This document shows, in pieces, positions 47,806 through 55,184 of a stretch of DNA of 55,184 nt. Positions within the stretch are counted from its first letter, which is position 1. Every line of letters starts with the position of its first letter. The DNA is taken from the sequence record DRR378314_499. One strand, written 5' to 3'. Both the position numbers and the translations under genes were made by a program. The notes under the pieces are model-generated. The model worked only from the letters and a program-made list of their open reading frames with translations, was not told where the DNA came from and searched no databases.

Positions 47806-49317
47806 ATGAGTATTGACCCAAACAAAGACGGACTGATTGTCGGCGTAGTCGGGGCCGGTGCCATGGGACGTGGTATTGCCCAGGTCTCGGCAACTGGCGG
47901 AATGAAAGCCAAGATTTTTGACGCGGCCGATGGGGCTGCTCAAAAAGCTTGTGACTTTATCGCCGGCATGATTGACCGGTCCGTTGAAAAAGGTCGGATG
48001 AGCAGCGAAGACGGCGACACCGCCAAGGGCAACCTGGAAGCAGTCAGCTCTCTGGACGCGTTCAGTGACTGCGATCTGGTGGTGGAGGCCATTGTCGAGA
48101 ATATCGACATCAAACAAACTGTCTTTCAACAGATCGAGGCTGTCGTCTCCAAGGATGCAATCATTGCGTCCAACACCTCCAGCATCCGGATCTCTTCCAT
48201 CGCATCTGCCTGTACCCATAAAGACCGCATCGCGGGCCTGCATTTTTTCAACCCCGTTCCATTGATGAAACTGGTGGAAGTGATCAACGCAACTGACACA
48301 AGCGCGGCAACAACCGAAGCCTTGTCTGTGATCGGAAAGCGGATGGGTCGGGTTCCAGTGGTGGTCAAAGATGCACCGGGCTTCCTGGTTAATCTTGGTG
48401 GCCGAGCCTACACGACTGAAGCCATGCGCCTTGCCGCCGAAGGGGTTGCTGAACCCCATGAGGTTGACGCCATCATGCGCGATGCCTGCGGGTTCCGGAT
48501 GGGCCCGTTCGAACTTGCAGATCTGACCGGCATTGACGTGAATTTCCCGGTTAGCCAGATTATTTATAATGGGTATTTCCAGGATAAACGGCTGGCCACA
48601 AGCCCGATCCATGAAAGCATGATGGAAGCCGGGCGTCTGGGCCGCAAAACAAAAGCCGGTTTCTATCAGTATGATGATAACGGCCAGATCATCTACCCTG
48701 AACCAGCACCGCGGCTTAAAACTGAAAAGGCCCGGCGGGTCTATGTTCCGGAATTAACCCAGCAGATCGAAGCCCTGCTGCGCGATCTGGCAGTCAGTAT
48801 TCTCAAAGAAGATGATGGAACCTCCCCTATTCTGATCGCACCTATCGGAGAAGATTGCACAACTGCCTGCGTGCGACTGAAACTGGATGCCAAACGGGTT
48901 GTCGCCCTTGATATGCTGACCGGCATTTACCAGCATGCCACGGTAATGACAGCACCTGGTGCAGATGATGACTGCGTGAATTCAGTCATTTCAGCCCTCT
49001 ATGAAGTGACCAATAAAGTCACCCGGATCAAGGATAGCCCCGGTTTTATCGCCCAGCGCCTGCAGGCCATGATTGCCAATCTCGGCTCAGAAATGGCGCA
49101 AATCGCCATTGCCAGCCCTGAAGATATCGATAAAGGCATGAAACTGGGTCTGAACTATCCCCATGGATCTGTTGAAATGGCCGAACATCTGGGTCTTCAA
49201 AATACCCTGACCATTTTGCAGAACATTCAGGACATCACCGGGGAAGAGCGGTATCGCCCAAGTCTGTGGCTACGCCGCCGGGCCTTGTTGAACCTGCCGA
49301 TTCACACGCCCAACTAA
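47806..49317 (+). CDS. 3-hydroxyacyl-CoA dehydrogenase (PaaH-like)
   Basis: GAGAMGRGIA, EAIVE, SNTSS, HFFNP, GF.MGPF; duplicated C-terminal domain. Confidence 0.92.
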   Translation: MSIDPNKDGLIVGVVGAGAMGRGIAQVSATGGMKAKIFDAADGAAQKACDFIAGMIDRSVEKGRMSSEDGDTAKGNLEAVSSLDAFSDCDLVVEAIVENIDIKQTVFQQIEAVVSKDAIIASNTSSIRISSIASACTHKDRIAGLHFFNPVPLMKLVEVINATDTSAATTEALSVIGKRMGRVPVVVKDAPGFLVNLGGRAYTTEAMRLAAEGVAEPHEVDAIMRDACGFRMGPFELADLTGIDVNFPVSQIIYNGYFQDKRLATSPIHESMMEAGRLGRKTKAGFYQYDDNGQIIYPEPAPRLKTEKARRVYVPELTQQIEALLRDLAVSILKEDDGTSPILIAPIGEDCTTACVRLKLDAKRVVALDMLTGIYQHATVMTAPGADDDCVNSVISALYEVTNKVTRIKDSPGFIAQRLQAMIANLGSEMAQIAIASPEDIDKGMKLGLNYPHGSVEMAEHLGLQNTLTILQNIQDITGEERYRPSLWLRRRALLNLPIHTPN

Positions 49318-49330
49318 ATCGGTATCCCGC

Positions 49331-49362
49331 AAAAAAAGGCGCTTTCGGGCGCCTTTTCTTTT
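49331..49362. terminator. Bidirectional terminator
   Basis: AAAAAAAGGCGC-tttcgg-GCGCCTTTTCTTTT. Confidence 0.85.
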
Positions 49363-49383
49363 GGCCGGTGAAGGCACCATCCT

Positions 49384-49659
49384 TCAGTTGGCTTGTCCGG
49401 CTTCCGCCTCCGCCTTATGGGCGGCCATATCCGCCATTTGATGCAGGGCACCTGCCACCGCTGCAGATCCACCCAGGCTGGTTTCCATCGCCTGCATCAA
49501 GGTTGCCACAATGGCGGCGTTGAAATAATCCCGCTCTAACCCGGCTTCCACGCACTCCTGCAGCGCTTTATCCAGATGCTCGGTTATAATCTGGGCCGCT
49601 TTGTCCAGTTTTTGGCGGGTATCATCATCGGGTAGGGAAAAGTTATTTGTGTCGGTCAA
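49384..49659 (-). CDS. Hypothetical protein
   Basis: Helical acidic ORF with CAGGTG upstream of a TTG start. Confidence 0.55.
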   Translation of the reverse strand: MTDTNNFSLPDDDTRQKLDKAAQIITEHLDKALQECVEAGLERDYFNAAIVATLMQAMETSLGGSAAVAGALHQMADMAAHKAEAEAGQAN

Positions 49660-49725
49660 AATAGCACCTGTAAAAAATCCAGTCTTTGTTCACACATAGG
49701 ATGATTGGCGGCCGGGATCAAAGAT

Positions 49726-50088
49726 TTATTTGCCCGTTTTCAGCTCAATCGGTTGGCCATGTGCCGTCTCCAGATGTGCTCGTCGCCAGTCTGCTTTGCG
49801 CATCTTTTGCTGGTCCGATGTCATAACCCCTTTTGACACCAACAATTTTTCCAGTGCTGCCAGCCAACACAAATAATATTCCTGCTGGCCGCCCGCGCCG
49901 CCCTTTTGGGTTGCCATTTTAATCTCAGCGCCAAAAAGCTCGGCCCATTCTGTCCAGGTGAAATGGCCCTGCTCCTTCAATTGGAGGGTCATGGCAAAGG
50001 CCTGCGCCTGCCAGGGCTCTTCAAACACAGGGCCGTTTTCATCTTTGGGGATAGGCAGATCACAAAGGGCTTGATCCAGTTCGATCAT
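49726..50088 (-). CDS. Nitrile hydratase accessory (activator) protein
   Basis: PVFEEPWQAQAFA, FTW.EWA, YY..WL.ALE, HGQPI. Confidence 0.92.
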   Translation of the reverse strand: MIELDQALCDLPIPKDENGPVFEEPWQAQAFAMTLQLKEQGHFTWTEWAELFGAEIKMATQKGGAGGQQEYYLCWLAALEKLLVSKGVMTSDQQKMRKADWRRAHLETAHGQPIELKTGK

Positions 50089-50750
50089 GACACCGCCTCC
50101 AAGTGATCATCCCAAAGATCAATGTAAATATAGTCTCCCGCAGTTCCATCCGAACCCCACAACTCGGCCGAGGTAAACCGCACGCTGTAAAGATGCTGTG
50201 GGTCTTCGCTGCCGTGGGCATTGCTATCTGCAAAGACATGCAGCCCATAGTCAGCGACAATTTCTCCCTGTTTCCCGCGCGCATACCGGGGAATACGCGT
50301 ATGTCCCGGCGGGTGATCATTTTGCCCCCGAACCAGGTCTCCAACGGTGAAACGCGCAGGCTTGCCCGCCTCCCGAAGGAAATATCCGCCGCGATCCATA
50401 AACGCATCCACCTGATCCGGGGCCAGTTTCGACCCAGTCGCCAGGGTGATCGGTTGCGGCCGGGCTTGGCGGGCCAGCTCTTCGGCGGTCAGCACTCCTT
50501 TTTCGGACAAAATCCGCTCCAGCCCATCCAGCCAGATCTGATAATAGCTGCTGGACAGATAAAGGGCAGGTTTCATCCGCTCCCGCGCGTGACGGGATTC
50601 GTCAATACTGCGGATCTTTAAGGGGCCAAGGGCGTTATTAATGGCAAAAACCCGCTTTTCCCACTCCGCATGAAAGACCGGATCGCTTTCATCCTCGGGA
50701 TTGACCGGTCCCATGCCGTGCATGCCCCCCATATCATGAACGCCATCCAT
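50085..50750 (-). CDS. nthB: Nitrile hydratase beta subunit
   Basis: [27 protein letters not shown]. Confidence 0.95.
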   Translation of the reverse strand: MDGVHDMGGMHGMGPVNPEDESDPVFHAEWEKRVFAINNALGPLKIRSIDESRHARERMKPALYLSSSYYQIWLDGLERILSEKGVLTAEELARQARPQPITLATGSKLAPDQVDAFMDRGGYFLREAGKPARFTVGDLVRGQNDHPPGHTRIPRYARGKQGEIVADYGLHVFADSNAHGSEDPQHLYSVRFTSAELWGSDGTAGDYIYIDLWDDHLEAVS

Positions 50751-51370
50751 CAGGCTGCCTCCTCTTGTCCGGGTGATTTTGCCTCCGTGACACCGATCAT
50801 CGAATCCCGGGTGACCAGCTTTTCAAGGTCACTTTCAGACCAGCTCTCTGTGCCTGCGGGGCGTTTGGGAATAACCAGATAGCGCATTTCGGCAGTACTG
50901 TCCCAGACCCGGACCTCCCGCTCTTTTGGCAGAAAAGTCCCGAATTCTTCCAGAACTTTTCGCGGCTCCCGCACCACGCGGGATCGGTAGGGCGCTGATT
51001 TATACCAAACCGGCGGCAATCCCAGAACCGGCCATGGATAACAGGAACATAAAGTACAAACGACGACGTTATGGACATCATCCGTATTCTCAACCACGAC
51101 AATTTCCTCGCCGCCTGCGCCGGAAAAGCCAAGTTCGGCAATGGCTTTGGTGGCATCTTCACGCAATCGCTCCAGATACGCAGGATCGCTCCAGGCTTTG
51201 GCGACGACAGCCTTGCCATTTTGCGGCCCAACCCGGTTTTCATACCGATCGACGATGGCATCCAGTGTCGCCGGATCGACAAGGCCCTTTTCAACCAACA
51301 GGCTTTCCAGGGTCTTGACCCGAAGCACCGTGTCCGAAGGGGGTTCATCATGTTTGTGATTATGGCCCAT
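50750..51370 (-). CDS. nthA: Nitrile hydratase alpha subunit, cobalt type
   Basis: [10 protein letters not shown] metal motif (Thr/Tyr indicates Co type); ATG at 51370 after GGAGG. Confidence 0.96.
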   Translation of the reverse strand: MGHNHKHDEPPSDTVLRVKTLESLLVEKGLVDPATLDAIVDRYENRVGPQNGKAVVAKAWSDPAYLERLREDATKAIAELGFSGAGGEEIVVVENTDDVHNVVVCTLCSCYPWPVLGLPPVWYKSAPYRSRVVREPRKVLEEFGTFLPKEREVRVWDSTAEMRYLVIPKRPAGTESWSESDLEKLVTRDSMIGVTEAKSPGQEEAA

Positions 51371-51522
51371 GGGGGACCTCCCGCTTTGTTCTGTCACACA
51401 GGTCACTTATCATGAAACAGAAACCCACCTGACTGCAAGCTGGCTTTTGAGGCGAGTATCTTTATAATTTTAATCTACTTCAGACCCGCAACCCACTTTT
51501 CGATTTAAAAGGCTCCATCCTG

Positions 51523-52026
51523 ATGATCATTTTACGTCTCTTTCGCCTTACCTTGCTTGTTCTTTGCCTGAGTTTCTCTGTCCTCTCTGTCAGCTCTGCC
51601 AATGAAGCGGCGCGAAAGGACCAACTGCTGGATCAGCTGTTTGAAGCGACAAACCTGAAGGCCAATATGATCACTGTGATGCAAACGGCCATTACCGGCG
51701 GTTATGAAAAACTACTCCGTCAGGATAGCCGAATTCCCAAGGACAGGGTTCCGGAATTGCTGGAGATTATTCGCCAAACTTTCGCCGATGAAACAGACCG
51801 CCTGATCGATCCCATGAAACAGCTCTATGCACAGGAATTCACAGTCGAAGAGCTGGAAGTGATGATCGAATACCAAACCAGCCCCGTCGGCCAGAAAGCC
51901 GCCCGCCTGATGCCCAAACTAACCCAACAAGGCATGATGCTGGGGCAGCACTGGGGCGAACAGGTCGGTGTTGAAGCCTACAAAAAAGTCAGAGAAATCC
52001 TCCGAAAAGACGGTATCAATATCTGA
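51523..52026 (+). CDS. DUF2059 domain protein
   Basis: Signal peptide; Y...FT.EEL..M..Y.TSP.GQK. Confidence 0.8.
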   Translation: MIILRLFRLTLLVLCLSFSVLSVSSANEAARKDQLLDQLFEATNLKANMITVMQTAITGGYEKLLRQDSRIPKDRVPELLEIIRQTFADETDRLIDPMKQLYAQEFTVEELEVMIEYQTSPVGQKAARLMPKLTQQGMMLGQHWGEQVGVEAYKKVREILRKDGINI

Positions 52027-52041
52027 CACCGCCCGTGGAAC

Positions 52042-52674
52042 TCACCGTAAATGCCAGGCTTGTTCCGTTGCAGGGACTGTTGGTCTGATCCCGTTGGGAA
52101 GGGGCCAGCTTTCCATCAACGTCACATCATAATCCGCTGCGTAATAATCCCGCACCATCTCCTCAGTAATGGAAAAAGGCGGGCCTGGCATCAGGGACTG
52201 GTCATAATCGAATGTCAGCAATAATTGCGGGGCTTTTTGGGTCAGTTCAGACAACCGCACACAATAGCGCCGCCGCATGTCCTCTGGCAGGGCAACCAGC
52301 GCCGCCCGGTCATAAACCACATCCACAGGACCCAACACGGATGCCGACAGGTCAAAGAAATCGCCGACAAACAAATCCAGATTTGGCGCCTGATAAAGGG
52401 AAAAAGAGCCAATTGATGTTACTTTTGGCTCAATTTCCACGTCATCGAAATACTGCTCGATGGCCTTTTCGCTCAACTCGACCCCACAAACCCGAAACCC
52501 CTCAGACAACAACCAGGTCAGATCCCGGGTTTTCCCGCATAACGGCAGAAAAATCCGTTTATGCTGACCCACGATAACGCTGGGCAAATGGCTCTGCAGC
52601 AGGTGATTGACGACCGGCTGATGAAAGCCCAGCTGATCTTTTTCCCATCTGTCGTGCCAAAATTCTGCATCCAT
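52042..52674 (-). CDS. tpm: Thiopurine S-methyltransferase
   Basis: FWH.RW....GFHQ, PLCGK..D, YDRAALVALP, GPPFS. Confidence 0.93.
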   Translation of the reverse strand: MDAEFWHDRWEKDQLGFHQPVVNHLLQSHLPSVIVGQHKRIFLPLCGKTRDLTWLLSEGFRVCGVELSEKAIEQYFDDVEIEPKVTSIGSFSLYQAPNLDLFVGDFFDLSASVLGPVDVVYDRAALVALPEDMRRRYCVRLSELTQKAPQLLLTFDYDQSLMPGPPFSITEEMVRDYYAADYDVTLMESWPLPNGIRPTVPATEQAWHLR

Positions 52675-52739
52675 CTTTTTGATCCTCTTCTTCTTCAGTT
52701 TACGCAAAAAACGATTGCCTGAACACAGGCATTCCACAT

Positions 52740-52770
52740 AGCCTACAACCTCAACTGAACTTGAGGTCAA
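52740..52770 (-). promoter_or_regulatory. MerR-type promoter/operator for tpm
   Basis: TTGACC-19bp-TAGGCT with overlapping palindrome ACCTCAA-N6-TTGAGGT. Confidence 0.88.
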
Positions 52771-52781
52771 GAGGTGTTTTC

Positions 52782-53201
52782 ATGCAAATTCTGGATATTG
52801 GGGAGGTGGTCGATCAAAGCGGGCTGGCCCCCTCCACCCTTCGTTACTATGAAGAAAAAGGCCTGATTGAACCGTGCAGCCGCAAAGGGTTGCGGCGTCA
52901 ATATTGGCCCAATGTACTGCTTCAATTATCGCTGATCACGCTGGGCCGAAACGCAGGGTTTTCCTTAAAGGAGATATCAGAGTTGCTGAAAACCGGGAAA
53001 AAGGGGGAAATCGATCGCCAGAAGCTCGCGCAGAAAGCAGATGAACTGACGGAGACCCTCAAGACCCTGACGGCCATGCGTGATGGCTTGCAGCATGCTG
53101 CCAACTGCCCTGCCCCCAGCCATCTGGAATGCCCCACCTTCCAACGCTATCTGAAAGCCGCGCCGAAATTCAAACCCTATGAAAAACACATAAAGTCTTA
53201 A
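52782..53201 (+). CDS. MerR family regulator
   Basis: DIGEV...SG...STLRYYEEKGLI; C-terminal CPAPSHLECP. Confidence 0.92.
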   Translation: MQILDIGEVVDQSGLAPSTLRYYEEKGLIEPCSRKGLRRQYWPNVLLQLSLITLGRNAGFSLKEISELLKTGKKGEIDRQKLAQKADELTETLKTLTAMRDGLQHAANCPAPSHLECPTFQRYLKAAPKFKPYEKHIKS

Positions 53202-53216
53202 GACCGCCCATCCTAC

Positions 53217-53248
53217 AAAAAAAGCCCCGGCATTTCTGCCGAGGCTTT
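53217..53248. terminator. Terminator between merR and tRNA-Ala
   Basis: AAAAAAAGCCCCGGCA-tttc-TGCCGAGGCTTT. Confidence 0.75.
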
Positions 53249-53255
53249 CGAATTC

Positions 53256-53331
<76 letters not shown>

Positions 53332-53429
53332 ACAAATGAAGATGTCACCATCTTCGGTGCGCGGAACCTATTCTGAACTTCGGCTAAATTCAAGTCAAAA
53401 ATTCAGCGAACAGGTTGCGACAAAAATAT

Positions 53430-53762
53430 TTAAGTTTCTTCCTCATCGGAGGATCGAACAACCACACCGATATCATCGTTGTCGTCATCATCAAGATCCA
53501 CTTCATCTTCTGCAAGAATCTCATCGTCATCAAGCAGCAGACTGACGTCCTGTGCTTCATTCGAAGTGGATTTTTTGGATTTTTCCACTTTGGGTTTGGC
53601 CTTAACCTCTTCGACTTTTTCAGCTTTTGACGGCTTCACAGCCTTTTCAACAACAAGTTCCGCGCCACATGCTGGACAGACAATTGGATCCTTAAGCATG
53701 TCATAAAACGGTTTGCCGCAGGATTTGCAACGATGCTTCGAACCCCATTCCGGTTTCGCCAT
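53430..53762 (-). CDS. TIGR02300 / FYDLN-acid family protein
   Basis: MAKPEWGSKH.C.SCG..FYD...P..CP.CG plus acidic tail. Confidence 0.92.
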   Translation of the reverse strand: MAKPEWGSKHRCKSCGKPFYDMLKDPIVCPACGAELVVEKAVKPSKAEKVEEVKAKPKVEKSKKSTSNEAQDVSLLLDDDEILAEDEVDLDDDDNDDIGVVVRSSDEEET

Positions 53763-53963
53763 TTTTTCCTCACACCGAATTCAATGGATAAAATCGATCA
53801 ATTTTTTGCTCGTTTGCCAGAAACCTTATCCCGTGTCAAAAGTTTCTTGCGTTCAAGCCATACGAATATGTGACAAAAGTTAAAAACCTTGTTAAAAATG
53901 GCAAAATTTTCAATTCAGGGTCACAATCTTGGTCTTTATTGAGCAAGAGAACCCTACAAATTT

Positions 53964-55184
53964 ATGACAATGGACAAAATGATTAGCGGACCGGTCACCT
54001 CTTCAACCTGCGGCCCGATTAAAGGGCGTGTCTCTGTTCCCGGGGACAAATCCATGTCTCATCGCTCTCTGATCCTGGGTGCCCTGGCCATCGGCCAGAC
54101 ACGCGTTTCGGGCCTGTTGGAGGGCGAGGACGTCTTGGCAACAGCGGCCGCAATGCGCCAACTCGGCGCTCAGATCGAGAAACAGGAAAATGGCGACTGG
54201 GTGGTCAACGGCGTTGGCGTTGGCAGCCTCCAAGAACCCGACGGAGTGCTGGATATGGGAAATTCCGGAACGGCGGCCAGGCTCCTCATGGGTGTGGTCG
54301 CAAATGCCCCGTTCAACAGCTTTTTCTCTGGCGACGCGTCTTTGCATAAGCGTCCCATGAAACGGGTTGTAACCCCCCTGATGAGCATGGGAGCGACCAT
54401 TATCAGCCGGTCTGGCGATCGGTTTCCGTTATGCGTGACGGGCCGGGAATTAATGCCCATTACCTATGAATTACCCGTTGCCTCTGCCCAGGTGAAATCC
54501 TGTATTCTGCTGGCGGCACTGGACACACCCGGTATCACAACAGTAATCGAGCCCAAGCCAACCCGCGATCACACAGAAAATATGTTGCGCCATTTCGGAG
54601 CCGAAACAACCATTGAGGTCGCCGAGGACGGCGCACGCACCATATCCTATCAGGGACAACAGGAATTAACCGCCGCCGATATCACGGTTCCGGGCGATCC
54701 GTCATCGGCCGCCTTTCTGGCGGTTGCGGCGGCGATTACCCCCGGATCCCACATTATTATCGAGAATGTCGGCGTGAACCCGCTGCGCGATGGGCTGTTT
54801 GAAACCCTGGGCCAGATGGGCGCAGATCTCAAGATCACCAATCTTCGCGAACAGGGCGGTGAACAGGTTGGCGATATCGAGGTGAATGGCGGCCTTTTAA
54901 AAGGGGTTACAGTCCCACCAGAGAGAGCCATCTCGATGATTGATGAATATCCGGTTCTGTTTGTCGCGGCGGCGTTTGCCCACGGCACCACCACCATGCG
55001 CGGACTGGAAGAGCTTCGGGTTAAGGAAAGTGACCGGATCTCGGTGATGGCAGAAGGCCTGAAAGCCTGCGGTGTCAAACTGGAGGAACTGGAAGATGGC
55101 TTGATCATCCATGGCCGGGCTGTCCCGCCAAAAGGCGGTGCGACCGTAAAGACACATCTGGATCACCGGATTGCCATGTCCTTT
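53964..55184 (+). CDS. aroA: EPSP synthase, runs off the window end (absent from the ORF track)
   Basis: PGDKSMSHR, DMGNSGT, ASAQVKS, RDHTE, PGDPSSAAF, RVKESDR, DHRIAMSF; start codon uncertain. Confidence 0.97.
   Translation, partial: MTMDKMISGPVTSSTCGPIKGRVSVPGDKSMSHRSLILGALAIGQTRVSGLLEGEDVLATAAAMRQLGAQIEKQENGDWVVNGVGVGSLQEPDGVLDMGNSGTAARLLMGVVANAPFNSFFSGDASLHKRPMKRVVTPLMSMGATIISRSGDRFPLCVTGRELMPITYELPVASAQVKSCILLAALDTPGITTVIEPKPTRDHTENMLRHFGAETTIEVAEDGARTISYQGQQELTAADITVPGDPSSAAFLAVAAAITPGSHIIIENVGVNPLRDGLFETLGQMGADLKITNLREQGGEQVGDIEVNGGLLKGVTVPPERAISMIDEYPVLFVAAAFAHGTTTMRGLEELRVKESDRISVMAEGLKACGVKLEELEDGLIIHGRAVPPKGGATVKTHLDHRIAMSF

Noticed and set aside
47782-48612. 276-aa antisense ORF, and similar long shadow ORFs over rpoN, nthAB and aroA
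   Set aside because: They overlap well-supported genes on the other strand or frame; codon-bias artefacts.
53880-53895. TTAA-N8-TTAA upstream of aroA, possible CtrA site
   Set aside because: The CtrA consensus spacer is 7 nt and the region is AT-rich.

Overview
Chromosomal window from an alphaproteobacterium; it reads like a marine Sneathiella/Rhodospirillales-type organism, which is my impression and not verified. It opens inside tRNA-Leu(CAG). The 3' half of that tRNA recurs in degenerate form at about 17.35 kb and about 28.0 kb, defining tandem genomic islands with no integrase in the window. Island 1 (73-17351) begins with a field of IS6 relics, decayed toxin-antitoxin genes, a rhodanese and an atypical ureohydrolase. 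It then carries a 10.7-kb general-stress-response cassette (DUF748, YihY, Pmp3, MscS, MgtC, CsbD, PRC-barrel, PA2169-like, DUF883, DUF1328, AI-2E). Eight exact GGAAC-N17-GTT promoters point into these genes. The cassette encodes its own ECF sigma factor, a 60-aa soluble anti-sigma-like protein and an OmpR-family regulator whose phosphoacceptor Asp is Asn, but no PhyR, NepR or sensor kinase. This is the best candidate for an undescribed system. Island 2 holds a Na/Ca antiporter, an amidoligase plus glutamine amidotransferase pair and a Liv-type ABC transporter. Next come a MarR/TRAP/hydrolase unit, ppc and core genes: rnd-kdsD-lptCAB-rpoN-hpf-ptsN, an Hsp20 with RpoH promoter and ROSE element, a PaaH-like dehydrogenase, a Co-type nitrile hydratase, tpm/MerR, tRNA-Ala(GGC), TIGR02300 and the 5' part of aroA. 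All family calls come from motif recognition by eye; no database search was run.
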